Source of the DNA: Octopus vulgaris
Lineage: Eukaryota
Direction of reading: 5' to 3'
Assembly: GCA_951406725.2 (NCBI GenBank)
Contig: OX597833.1
Span: 55,242,001-55,306,000 of the forward strand
DNA: 64,000 bases
Shown: positions 36,531-49,651 of the stretch, piece by piece
Numbering within the stretch: the stretch's first letter is position 1
Layout: each line of letters begins with the position of its first letter
Notes under the pieces: model-generated
What the model was told of the DNA's origin: nothing
What the model saw: the letters and a program-made list of their open reading frames with translations, nothing else
Databases searched by the model: none
Position numbers and translations under genes: made by a program

Positions 36531-37406
36531 TTAAGTTCATTAAGTGAAAATGACCAGGAACTAAAGTGGCCTTTTCTACATTGATGCCAGTCATGCATAC
36601 AGTTAAATTGTCCATCATAATGGGATAATTATTTTGATGGCTAAAAATCACGGAAGACACCTTAAAAAACCAAAAAAAAAACAAAAAAACTTCATGCTAA
36701 AACAGTTCCGTGCAGCACCTTCAGCTAAGTAAACTGTGTTACACAAAGAGAAATACAAGAATATGCACATGCACACACACACACACACACGCATGCATGG
36801 TACACGGAGCTGGTACAGATTGAGATCGCAATTTTTAATGCGGGAAAATATTCCAGAAAGTATGTTAAATAAGCAAATCCTAAAAATCTTGGGAATTTCA
36901 ATAGTTTAAGACAAACGCTCGTGCTCAGTTTCATATCAAATGTTTGCACAGGAGTTCACATCAATTATGTATGCCAAACTCAGTAAATATTTATTCAAAA
37001 TTGATTAGCATGTGCTCTCTTAAGATGAATCGACAAACACAAACAGAGAAAACGAAAGAAAGGAAAGAGGCTGCTGGTAACATAAAAACATATTAATAAC
37101 AAACAAACAAGCAAAAAAAGAAGTCATGGAGATTTTTGATGAGTTCAAAGAGGTTTTAATGAATTATAAATACTACATCATGAAAGATTGTTTCAAAATG
37201 GAACTGCTAATTCAAATGTGTTATCCACACATCACCCCCAACCTTCTCTTACATACTTGAAAAAGGTTTTTAGATTTATAGGAATGAATGAGAGGCTATG
37301 AAATGTTCATGCTTTCCATTGAGGAGGGTTTAGTATTGCATCACTACGTTCAGAGTTCAGATCCTGCAGGGGTCAACTTTGACATGCACACTATATACAA
37401 ACAGAT

Positions 37407-37998
37407 ATCATCATCATCATCATCATCATTGTTTAACGTCCGCTTTCCATGCTGGCATGGGTTGGACAATTTGACCGAGGACTGGTGAACTAGACGGCTG
37501 CACCAGGCTCCAATCTTGATCTGGCAGAATTTCTACAGCTGGATGCCCATCCTAACGCCAACCACTCCTGCAGGGGTCAACTTTGACATGCACACTATAC
37601 ACGCACACATATCATCATCATCATCGTTTAATGTCTGCTTTCCATGCTAGCATGGGTTGGACAATTTGACTGAGCACTGGTGAACCAGATGGGTGCACCA
37701 GGCTCCAATCTTGATCTGGCAGAGTTTCTACAGCTGCATGCCCTTCCTAACGCCAACCACTCCGAGAGTGTAGCAGGTGATTTTACGTGCCACCGGCATG
37801 AGGGCCAGTCAGGCGGTACTGGCAACGGCCACACTCAAACGGTCTTTTTTACGTGCCACATAGACACAAGCCAGTCCAGTGGCACTGGCAACTACCTCGC
37901 TGAAATGTATTTTCATATGCCACCAGCAACAAGTGCCAGTAAGGCGATGCTGGTAATGATTACACTTGAATAGTGCTTTTTCTGTGCCACCGGCATCA
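37407..37998 (-). mobile_element. Family E with a local ~205-bp tandem duplication of tail plus flank
   Basis: CCTGCAGGGGTCAACTTTGACATGCACACTATA...(CAT)n...CCAACCACTC occurs at ~37363 and ~37567. Confidence 0.85.
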
Positions 37999-38198
37999 CC
38001 ATAAGTGATCTTTTCATCACCATAAGTTAGCAGTTTTGGTGAAAGAGTGATAGAATAAGTACCAGGCTTAAAATATAAGTACCCGGGTTGATTTGTTTGG
38101 CTAAACCCTCCAAGACAGTGCTCCAGCATGGCTGCTGTCCGATGACTGTAATAAGTAAAGGATAAAAGATGACATTATTACAGGTTTTTTGCATTATA

Positions 38199-38620
38199 GG
38201 CGTGGGAGTGGCTGTGTGGTAAGTAGCTTGCTTACCAACCACATGGTTCCGAGTTCAGTCCCACTGCGTGGCAACTTGGGCAAGTGTCTTCTACTATAGC
38301 CTCAGGTTGACCAAAGCCTTGTGAGTGCAATTGGTAGACGGAAACTGAAAGAAGCCCGTCGTATATATGTATATGTATATATACGTGTGTGTGTGTATGT
38401 TTGTGTGTCGGTGTTTGTCCCCCAACATCACTTGACAACCGATGTTGGTGTGTTTACGTCCCTGTAACTTAGCAGTTCGGCAAAAGAGACCGATAGAATA
38501 AGTACTAGGCTTACAAAGAATTAAGTCCTGGGGTCGATTTGCTCGACTAAAAAAGGCGGTGCTCCAGCATGGCCGCAGTCAAAAATGACTGAAACAAGTA
38601 AAAGAGTAAAAAAGAGAGTA
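38199..38620 (+). mobile_element. SINE family B, full length
   Basis: Complete head, body and tail. Confidence 0.9.
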
Positions 38621-39682
38621 TTACTGCTTTTCAGCCGAACAGAATTGTTTCTAAATAAATTGCAGGCTTACATAGGTTTTTAATAATGTTAGACATTTGG
38701 TCAGATCAAAAAAAAAAACTGGCAATAGACGAGAATCTAAAGTTTAAAATTAAATGGTTAATAGTAAATAATATGATAGTATAATGAAAGCTAGAGTAAG
38801 CAGCCGCACTGTGGTGTTTATAAATGTACACTGTTCTTGCTGTTTACTTTATCTCTATTATCTGATCTTATCTCCAAATGATTTATTTAAATGGTTTGTT
38901 AGAATATAAACCAATTTAGGTTTTAAAACATTAGAAATCTCTGTAATTTTCAGGTTTCGTTTTGATAAGAAAAAAGAAAACAGATATAATGATATAATAA
39001 TCTAGGGGTGTGGACTTGAGCATGCAGTTAAAAAGCTTTTTTTGCAATCACATGGTTTCTGGTTCAGTCATCAACACAGTATTAGCTGGCCTGGGGGGTC
39101 CATAGTAGAAGACAATTGCCTGAATGAGGGATCTTTTCGGTTTGAACGGCAGTTTTTTCTTGCAGTGTCATGTGAAATTGTCACCCATAATTATGACCCT
39201 AGTATCGATCTATTGCATTTCAATCTGCCTGAAATGTTGTGCAGTTGGACTGATGGAAACTGTGAAAACCTATTGAGTGTATGTGTGTGTGTTTGCACAT
39301 ATAAATATATGTGTAAATGAGTGCTGAGCATGAAACTTATGGTAGCCCTCATAGTATGTTCATGTACAAACCTTGAGAACATATTGACTAGATGTGTGAT
39401 GCAAAAGTGTTAATTTACCAATCAAATAGGCTCTCTTCATTATCTAGCATATACAAAATCCTACATCGGCATGTGTGAAAGACCTTTCAAAAGTGTTTAA
39501 TCAAATCATAAATCTGCTTTTAAATATATAAGTGAAATACCACAGCTTTAACAAGCTGTGTTTACAAGCTGTGTTTGGCTCATGATTGTAAGGTTGAGGT
39601 TTCAGTTCCTGGTTGTGTGGTGAGTCCTTGGGCAAGACACTTTATTGCATGTTGCTGCAATCTAATCAGCTAGTACAAATGA

Positions 39683-40105
39683 GGGATCTTTTTGGTTTGA
39701 ACAGCAGTTTTTTCTAGCGGTGTCATATGAAATTGTCACCCGTAATTATGACCCTAGTGTCGATCTATTGCATTTCAATCTGTTTTAGGATTAGGATTAG
39801 GGGTGGTGGGAAGGGTCTCTTTTTTTCTTCACAAATGTAAATAAACCCAATCTGTTTCTTAAACGAGGGACATATTCATACGGCACAGAATGTTTTTTTA
39901 CCTCAATGGACGTCAGTGATTGGTCGAAATTGCAGAAATTGAAGAAAAAAAAAAACAACAAACATCTTACAAACTATAGAATTTTCTCAATAAAGCCAAG
40001 AGAAAAAGATGTTTTATAAACACATTCTACCAGTATACGAAGTTTAAAATTTTTTAGTTATCTAGAAATTAAGTTAAAAACTGCCGTTCAAACCGAAAAG
40101 ATCCC
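39683..40105. mobile_element. MITE with 30-bp TIRs inserted in a SINE C' copy (~39570-40290)
   Basis: GGGATCTTTTTGGTTTGAACAGCAGTTTTT / AAAAACTGCCGTTCAAACCGAAAAGATCCC; flanks aaatga / aaataa; left-end-only copy at 39128-39226. Confidence 0.88.
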
Positions 40106-40727
40106 AAATAAGTTGTATCTGTAATTTAAAGTGCTGGCCTTGTCACTTTCTGTGTCGTGCCAAATCTCCATGGGAACTATGTTAAGGGTATGTGTGTCTG
40201 TGGAGTGCCTAGCTACTTGTATGTTAATTTGACAAGCAGGCTGTTCTGTTGATCAGATCAAACTGAACATTCATCTTCATAACCGATGTACAGAGAAAAG
40301 GAGTGTCTCGCTAATTTTAAAGCATCCATTTTAGCATTTAACCCCATTTTTTAGCACTCATTCATAAGTACATCCACCTCAAAACTCCTTTGTAACCTCT
40401 TAAATGAGTAAAAATACTGCATTAGAAATCTCAGTTAATTACACATTCTTGTTGTATGAATGAATTTTACTTTGCTAACTTCAGTAGCAGACTCAATGTA
40501 GATTTAGAAACCAACTGAAAGGCTGTATCCTGCTGTACTAGCTTCACACCATCCATCTGCACTGAAATTATTTCTACTTCCTACTAGGCACCTCTGTCTG
40601 AAGACTGCTTTCAGGAACAAAACTTCAAGTAATTGAAGGCAAAATGACAAAAATTAATACATACATCACACGCGCACACACATGGATGCATGCACACACA
40701 CACACACACACACACACAACTATATAT

Positions 40728-40948
40728 ACTTCTTTACTACCCACAAGAGGCTAAACACAGAGGGGACAAACAAGGACAGACAAACGGAGTAAGTCGATTA
40801 TATCAATTCCAGTGCTTAATTTATCGACCCCGAAAGGATGAATGGCAAAGTCGACCTCGGCAGAATTTGAACTCAGAACGTAACAGCACACGAAATATGG
40901 CTACGCACTTCGCCCGGCGTGCTAACATTTCTGCCAGCTCACCGCCTT
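40728..40948 (-). mobile_element. SINE family A
   Basis: Reverse complement of the family A sequence. Confidence 0.88.
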
Positions 40949-41353
40949 TACACACACACAACTATATACATAGACAAACATATTTATACACACACATTTC
41001 TGTAAGTTTATGTGTGGCTAGAGTGCTGAACTTGTAATCATAAGATTGTGGTTTCAATTCTTGGACTGGGCAATGTAATGTGTCCTTGAGCAAAACACTT
41101 CATTTCCTGTTGCTCCAGTCCCCTCATCTGGTAGAAATGGGTCAATCCTGCAACACACCAGCATCCAGTCCAGGATGGAATAGATATGCCAGAGAACCTG
41201 AGCCTGGAAGACTGACCCCATGGCCAACCATATATGGATAACTTAAAAACATTTGTACACATTCTAATACAAATATGTTTGAGTATGTGTGTATGTGCCA
41301 CTGGAGAGAGGTGGAGCCTGCAATCTGCATTGCAGCTTACCTCTTAGATTTGT

Positions 41354-41665
41354 GGAGACGCAATGGCCCAGTGGTTAGGGCAGCGGACTTGCGGTCGGAG
41401 GATCACAGTTTCGATTCCCAGACCAGGTGTTATGTGTGTTTATTGTGCGAAAATACCTAAAAGCTCCACAAGGTTTCGGCAGGGGGTGGTGGTGACCCCT
41501 GTTGTACTCTTTTGCTACAACTTTCTCTCACTCTCTCTTCCTCTTTCTTGAGTAACGCTGCGATGGACTGATGTCCCGTCCAGCTGGGGTGGAACACATA
41601 CGCCACATAAACCGGGAAACCGGGCCCATGAGCCTAGCTAGGCTTGGAAAGGGTGACGTTTATCA
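41354..41665 (+). mobile_element. Chimeric SINE: family D head with family C tail
   Basis: TGGCCCAGTGGTTAGGGCAGCGGAC head as in 59123 and 60138; after the CT tract switches to GAGTAACGCTGCGATGGACTG...GGGCCCATGAGCC. Confidence 0.85.
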
Positions 41666-43101
41666 TTTTATCTCTTAGATTTCTGTAGTTCCATCTAAGA
41701 ACTACTAAAAGTTAGAGGAAACACTTCAGTCCTTCTCTTACAGAACAACATATCTTATGCCAGGGGCTTGGTGAAATATATCTGAGATATACACAACACA
41801 GAATTTGGATGACTTTCTGTAGTGTATCATGATGACCTGACCAAGCTAAACACATAAAATTATGACAAAATTTAGAAGGAAATATATACATGTTTTTATT
41901 TAATAAAAATATGATTTAGCTTCACTGATTTAACCTATGAGTCTGTTTACTGTAGACGGGGAAATTTATTTATAAAGCTATCTGCAAACATGCAGTCTCA
42001 ACACTTCAAACACAGATATATAAATATGTTTGTGTGTGTGTGTGTGTTTACACACGCGTAATAAATGCATGTACAAACATACATATGTATGTTTGTATAT
42101 GTATATGTATCTATCTTTACGTACACTGTACGTATGTTACATATACATAGATATATATTTTTTTATATACGTATATTACATGTATATATTTATATATGTT
42201 TATATACACATACATACACACACATATGTATATATATATATATATATATATGTACATATATATATATATATATATATGCACATGTATATTATATATGTTT
42301 ATATATATATGTTTATACACACACACACTCATCATCGTTTCTGGTAAACGTACCATATATATATATATATATATATATGTACATATACAGACACACACAT
42401 ATATATACATACACCCACACACACTCACACACACACATATATATTTATACACATATATTGGTGCTTTGTGGTTACATCATCACCATCCACATGCACACAC
42501 ACACACACATAAATCAATAAATAACAACTTGGAAATCGTTGATGGCTACAACCTCCATCCTGAGTTTACTAAAGTCATAATCACATTTCCCGAGGTCAGT
42601 TTTTGGCAAATAGTATTTTTGCGCTACATGTGTGTATGTGTTGGAGAGAGAAATGCTGTTTATCAAATCTGGGCAATTCAATATAAATTCCTCTTTCCTA
42701 GAATACACTTACAGAATCTTTTACAGGTATATCTGTGTTTCCACCAAATTATATCTAACGTTACTTCATCACTGCCATCAGATTACTGTGCATGTGTGTT
42801 GGCGAAATCATCATTTAACATCTACTTTTTCATGCCTGCATGGGTCAGGGGCAATTTGTTCAGTGTCGTTTTCTACAGCCAGATGATGCCCTTGCTGTGT
42901 TACCAATCCTCACCTGTTTCCAAGCAAGGTAATATTTCCAATGACCAGACCAGACTTGGTTTCTCATGGAAGACTGGAAATGAACTACCTCACCTGCATG
43001 ACGATGATGATGTTTGTCATGTGATGTCTAGGCGACAGCATACACACACGCATATACACACACACACACGTATGTATATATGTGTGTATATATATATAAA
43101 T

Positions 43102-43389
43102 GTGATCATGTGACCGACCAGACTATCAGATGTTGTTACACATCGCTGGTCACAATGCGTTCGCATTGTTTTAGCCTTTGAATGATGCCACCCCGCTGGC
43201 TAAGCGAGCAGGCCAACAGAAGAAAGAGTGGTGAAAGAGTACAGCAGGGATCACCACCCCCTGCCGGAGCCTCGTTGAGCTTTTAGGTGTTTTTGCTCAA
43301 TAAACACACACAACGCCCGGTCTGGGAATCGGAACCGCGATCCTGCGACCGCGAGTCCGCTGCCCTAACCACTAGGCCATTGCGCCTCC
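43102..43389 (-). mobile_element. SINE family D (tRNA-Arg-like head)
   Basis: Minus strand GGAGGCGCAATGGCCTAGTGGTTAGGGCAGCGGACTCGCGGTCGC; matches 59123-59411. Confidence 0.9.
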
Positions 43390-43495
43390 ACTATATATAT
43401 ATGAATGTATATATGTATATATATGTGACCGCATATGTACCATTGGCGATTTTTTTTCCTCCGTCTTCCCCCCCTTTGATCTTTCCTTTTCCTAT

Positions 43496-43531
43496 GTTTC
43501 TGATGAAGAGATCCGCTCGAAATGTTCAATC
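43496..43531 (+). ncRNA. Minimal hammerhead-like motif in a (TA)n-flanked repeat (~43425-43622)
   Basis: GTTT-CTGATGA-A-GAG-atccg-CTC-GAAA-TGT-T-CAATC; core and 3-bp stem II intact, stems I and III decayed. Confidence 0.55.
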
Positions 43532-43737
43532 CTCATTCTTTCTTTCCTTTCCTGAGCGTCCAATAACACTATTCTTGTTCCACGTCCTCGCGTTGTCGTG
43601 TTTTCATGTTTGGATTAACTGTGTATATATATATATATAAATATAATATATATGTGTATATATACATATATATATACATACATATATATATACATATATA
43701 TATATATATGTGTGTGTGTATGTTTGTATGTGCATAC

Positions 43738-43779
<42 letters not shown>

Positions 43780-44115
43780 ATGTTTGTGTGTGTGTAACAC
43801 ATACATGCATGTAACTGCTTTCTTCCGGTTTTTCTGCAATCATTTCCACTCACAAGGCTTTGGCTAACCTCGTTCTGTCTGACAGAAGATGCTTTTCCAA
43901 AGTGCCAAACAGTTAGATAGAACCTAAGACCACACAGCTGGGAACCAAGCTTCTTAACCACCCAGCCATGCCTATATACATACATACATACATACATACA
44001 TACATACATACATACACACATACATACATACATACATACACACATACACACACACACACACATACATACATACACACACATACATATAAATATATATACA
44101 CATACACACACATAT

Positions 44116-44176
<61 letters not shown>

Positions 44177-44378
44177 GAAACGTTAGCACACCAGGCGAAA
44201 TGCATAGCCGTATTTCGTCTGCCGTTACGTTCTGAGTTCAGATTCCGCTGAGGTCGACTTTGCCTTTCATCCTTTCAAGGGTCGATAAATTAAGTACCAT
44301 GTAATTGACTTAATCCGTTTGTCTTGTCCTTGTTTGTCCCCTCTGTGTTTAGCCCCTTGTGGGTAGTAAATAAATAAA
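44177..44378 (+). mobile_element. SINE family A in (TA)n
   Basis: Family A sequence with a small internal deletion. Confidence 0.88.
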
Positions 44379-45186
44379 TATATATATATATATATATATA
44401 TACACACTCTACAACAAGAAAACTGCTCCCTCCTATCTCAACTTTACCCTTTTATCTTCTTTTCTATGTAGTTCTGGTTGGTACTTTTTTTTTTTGTTGA
44501 CCCTCAAGGGCAGAGATCCAGAATGATTACCACAAAGCAATCTAGCTGATGACCAGCAACTTAGCTAATCATCTTCTTGTCCCTGTCTGTCTGTCTCTCT
44601 CTCTCTTTCTTTCTTGTAGCTTAATTTCATTTCATATGACTTTTTTTGGTAAATGGTGTTACTGTTTAGCTGTTCAGCTCTCTGTCACCCTGGTTTAAGC
44701 AAACATGTTGATCAAAATGTTCAGCCCACCTTTTCCTGTTGAGCATGGAGAATGTTTAATTACATTAACTGTATGTTCTTTCCTTATTGAAGACAGTGTA
44801 TGTGATTTGAGGAAGATTTGGCTGCTAAATGTGCAGCATTCAGTTTCTCTTTTAGAATAAAGACACCTGCATTAGCACATCATTTAACTCTGTTGATACC
44901 AACCCATCTGAGACCACCTTTGGTTCTATGACAGAAATTTCCTGTTGTAAAATTATACAAATTGAAACGTTCTAACGAATTTCAGGTTAATTTATGTTCC
45001 AAATATCAGTTTAATAATGACAAAACTATGCTACTAAATTCTCCGTTTTTCATAGTTAACTGAAACAAAGGCAGTATTTTTCAGAAGAAATATGGTAAGA
45101 AAAGGGTTAAAGTTTTGCTCGAGATGCCAGACTAATTATAGAATAGTGAGACATTTTTCTAAATCTGTCCAAGTTCTTGGTTATTT

Positions 45187-45672
45187 TCATCATCATCATC
45201 ATCATCATCATCATTTAACATCCGTTTTCCATGCTAGCATGGGTTGGATGGTTTGACCGGGGTCTGGGAAGCCAGGAGGTTACCCCAGGCTCCAGTCTGA
45301 TCTGGCAATGTTTCTACGGCTGGATGCCCTTCCTAACGCCAACCACTCCGAGAGTGTAGTGGGTGCTTTTACGTGCCACCGGCACAGGTGCCAGAACAGG
45401 CTGGCAAACGGCCACGATCGGATGGTGCTTTTTATGTGCCACCAACACGGGGGCCAGGCGAGGCTGGCAAACGGCCACGATCGGATGGTGCTTTTTACGT
45501 GCCACTGGCACGGAGGCCAGGCGAGGCTGACAACGGCCACGATTGGATGGTGCTTTTTACGTGCCACTGGCACGGAAGCCAGTCAGGGCAGTGCTGGCAA
45601 CGGCCACGTTCAGATGGTTCTCTTATGTGCCACCGGCACTGGTATCACAGCTACAATTTCCATTGATGTTAA
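45187..45672 (-). mobile_element. Family E
   Basis: (CAT)n start, five GTGCCAC units, ends ACAATTTCCATT as in the RTE-linked copy at 14.7 kb. Confidence 0.9.
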
Positions 45673-46394
45673 TTAAAATGTGTGGACGAGTATATTTCAA
45701 GAGACACTATATTGTAATGAAAGAGTTAACAAAGCACTCTTGCTTAAAATTTTGACGGAAGATTTTAATTTGAACTTGAACATTTTAAAGTGGGTGGTAT
45801 TAAAGAATCAAAAGCGATCTTGAGTAGGTGTGGATTGGTTTCAGAAGGTTTAATCTTGGGCGGGAAGATTTTTGTTTTTCTTTCACTTTACATTTCAGAA
45901 AATAGAGATAAGAACCAATCTTCTAAATCCTTGTGTTTTCAGAAAAGTATTAGCTTTTAGCTACTCTGCAGTAAAACGTTGAAAATTAAAAGAGAAAAAC
46001 AAATATTAAATTAAAAATTATTGCATGTGATATTTTCTACATAAGTTTTGACATTTTTCCATGCAGGTGGAATGAAAGTGCAGAATAAATAGGCCAAGCC
46101 CAAGGAAAATTTTGGAAATGTCAAAATTTTATAACTAGTAAGAATATATTCTATTACTCAATTTCTTCAAACTAAAATAATTTTGCAGAGAAATATTGTC
46201 AAAATTATAAAATGGTATCTGCGTTTATGTAGTTGGAGTTTTATTGCAGATAAGGATAGTGGTAAGGGTGTGCAGATGGAGAGTTTGTAAGTTTGGCAAT
46301 TCTATAGCAACGTGGAGTGAATATATAACATTTGTAGTTAGTGAGTTGTTTTTATTGCAAATTTTGCAAATATAGGAAATTGAATTTTCAGTTG

Positions 46395-46938
46395 TGTACT
46401 GACGTATCCAGATGCTTACAGATATATCCAGATGTGTAAGGATATATCCAGATGCACAGATACATCCAGATATTCACATCTATGTCCAGAAATCTACAGA
46501 TATTTCCAGATGTGTACAAATATATCTAAATCTTCACAGATATATTCAGACATCTACAGATGTAACCAGATATCATCAAACCTGTCCAGACGCGTTCAAA
46601 TATATACAGATGTGTACAGTTAAATCTAGAATGTACACAAATATACCAGATGTGCACACAGATGTATCCAGATTTGTGTAAATCTACGTAGATTTATATA
46701 GATATGTCCAAATACAGATATAGCCAGGTGTGTAAGGATATATCCAGATGCACAGATACATCCAGATATTCACTGAAATATCCAGATGTACACAGATATA
46801 TTCAAATGTGTACAGATAAATCTAGATGTTTAGATATATTCAGTTGTGCACAGACATATCCAGATGTACATGAACATATTCAAATGTGTATGTTTACAGA
46901 TATACCCTAATATATCCATATCTACACTGGTATATCCA
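46395..46938. repeat. Cryptic ~10-bp-period satellite (CAGATRTRYM-like) with higher-order duplication
   Basis: AGAT/AAAT recurs about every 10 bp; GTGTAAGGATATATCCAGATGCACAGATACATCCAGATATTCAC at ~46434 and ~46730. Confidence 0.85.
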
Positions 46939-47221
46939 GTGCTGGTACCACGTAAAAAAGCACCCAGTGCACTCTGTAAAGTGGTTGGCATTTGGAAAGG
47001 CATCCAACTGTAGAATCCAAACAAGAAACAGACCATGTAATTTGGTATAGCCCCTGGCCTCACCAGCTCTTGTCAAGCCATTCAACCCATGTCAGCACGG
47101 GAAACGGACATTAAATAATGATCATAATGATGATTGCTGCCACCATCACCATTACCACCATCATACTAATATTTCCCCAAGATTACTATCACTGTATCCC
47201 CTTCACCACTAATATACTATA

Positions 47222-47596
47222 GGCGTAGGGGTGGCTGTGTGGTAAGTAGCTTGGTTCCGGGTTCAGTCCCACTGCATGGCACCTTGGGCAAGTATCTTCT
47301 ACTATAGCCTTGGGCCGCCCAAAGCCTTGTGAGTGGATTTGGTAGATGGAAACTCAAAGAAGCCCGTCGCATATATGTATATATATGTATATGTGTGTTT
47401 ATATGCTTGTGTGTCTGTGTTTGTCCCCCCAACTGATGCTGGTGTGTTTACGTCCCTGCAGCTTAGCAGTTCGGCAAAAGAGACCGATAGAATAAATACT
47501 TGGCTTACAAAGACCAAGTCCTGGGGTCGATTTGCTCGACTAAAGGCAGTGCTCCAGCATGGCAGCAGTCAAATGACTGAAACAAGTAAAAGAGTA
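47222..47596 (+). mobile_element. SINE family B
   Basis: Family B head to tail. Confidence 0.9.
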
Positions 47597-47666
47597 TCAA
47601 AACTACAACCGTCATTGTATTCACCCATCACCACTAATGTATACTCCAACCAGCACAGTACTACAC

Positions 47667-47885
47667 CTATTTCTTTATTACCCACAAGGGGCTAAACACA
47701 GAGGGGACAAACAAAGACAGACATAGGTATTAAATCGATTACATCGACCCCAGTGCGTAACTAGTACTTAATTTATCGACCCCGAAAGGATGAAAGGCAA
47801 AGTCGACCTCGGCGGAATTTGAACTCACAACGTAACGACAGACGAAATACGGCTACGCATTTCGCCCGGCGTGCTAATGTTTCTG
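47667..47885 (-). mobile_element. SINE family A
   Basis: Reverse complement of family A. Confidence 0.9.
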
Positions 47886-48319
47886 TCGCACAACTGTCCA
47901 ATTGTCTTAAGCAATGAGTGAGCCTTTCTGTGATTGCTTGACCTGTTTGCTATAGCAGTCAAACATCCCTCAAATTACATCCTACCTTCTTAGAAAATGG
48001 CACTTGATAATAAGGATGTCTTGGATTTCCTGTTCTTCAGCTAAAAAAAATATAAGACAGGATGATCATTGATGTCATAGATTGGTTTGTCTACTCAGTC
48101 AGAGTTGTCCTTGGGCTAAACAACAACAACAACAACAATAACAAGCTAGTGAAAGTGCCTTCTATGCTGTCTCTCAACCTCCTACTAGAAATAGCAGCCA
48201 AAGCTCCCTGAAATCATACCCTGTTGTGCTTACAAAGTGGTCAGGGTGGTAAGGAAATGACTTCCTGATCTTAGCTAGAGCATCTTTGATTATAAACCTG
48301 CTCAATCAGGGTGAACAAT

Positions 48320-48706
48320 AACTATTGCTGCTGCTGCTACTACTACTACTACTACTGCTGCTAGTACTACTACTACTACTACTACCACTACAACTATTAC
48401 TGCTACTACTACAATTACTACTGCTGCTAGTACTACTACTACTACCACTACAACTATTACTACTACTACTACAACTACTACTACAACTATTACTGCTACT
48501 ACTACTACTACTACAACTATTACTACTACTACTAATACTGCTGCTACTACTACTACTACCACTACAACTATTACTGCTGCTACTACTACTACTTCTACTA
48601 CTACTACAACTACTACTACAACTATTACTGCTACTACTACTACTACAACTACTACAACTATTACTACTACTGCTACTGCTGCTACTACTATTACTACTAC
48701 TACTAT
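48320..48706. repeat. (ACT)n compound microsatellite with ACAACTATTACTGCT higher-order unit
   Basis: Visible trinucleotide array; source of the poly-S/V/L ORFs. Confidence 0.95.
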
Positions 48707-49384
48707 ATTTTATAGCCAATGCAATGACCATTCTTCATCTACTGAACTTAAGAATTTTTTCTTTTTTTTTTTGACTGCTTGCAACCATATTATGTCATTA
48801 ACCTGCCTGCCTTTCGAGTAAAGAGTGATGAAGGTGCTCTAAATGTGCGTGTATGTGTGTGTGTGTGTGTGTGTTTTATATAGAGGGGTAATTGTAAGGG
48901 AGACACCATGGCAAAGGTGGTCGAGTTAATTGGCGGCGGCGGCGGTGGTGGTGGTCGTCGTGGCAGTGGCAGCGGCAGTAAGGATTGAAATAGTGGCCTA
49001 CTTTCACCACATCCCTTTAAAAAAAAAAAGAAGAAAAAAAATCATGCCGAAGACTATGGTAGGCAGAGATGGCTGTGGTGGTGGTGGTGGAGGTCATGGA
49101 TAGAGTGTTCATGAATTATGTAAGAGAATAACAGTAATTTCAATTTCTTGCCTCTTAAATCTATAGTCATCCATCACTCTCCTCTTTTCTCCCTCCGTCA
49201 CGTATATACACGCACTGTCTCTCTCTCGCACACATACGCTCTATCTCGCACGTGCATACGCACCGTCTCGCACATTTATGTGCACCATCTCACATACACA
49301 TGCCGTCTTGCAAAACACATGCGCACCATCTTGCACATACAACACACAATTTCTCGTGCATATATGCACTTTCTATCACATGCA

Positions 49385-49619
49385 TACTCTCTCTGTCTCT
49401 CTCCCTCTGTCTATCTGCCCCTCTCTCTCTCTCTCTCTCTCTCCCTCTGTCTATCTGCTCTCTCTCTCTGTCTGCCCCTCTCTCTCTCTCTCTCTCTCAC
49501 GTGCCCATCTCGCCTCTGTCTTCCCTCTTTAACTTTTCACTCTTCATCTCTTTTTTTGTTTGTCCCCTTCCCCCCCCCCCACACATTTGACCCTCCCAAC
49601 TCTCTCACACCTCTGTCTC

Positions 49620-49651
<32 letters not shown>

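Noticed and set aside
46067-46092. Candidate next FHA exon after tttttccatgcAG
   Set aside because: In the required phase it reaches TAG within 9 codons and lacks the expected GD...FG motif
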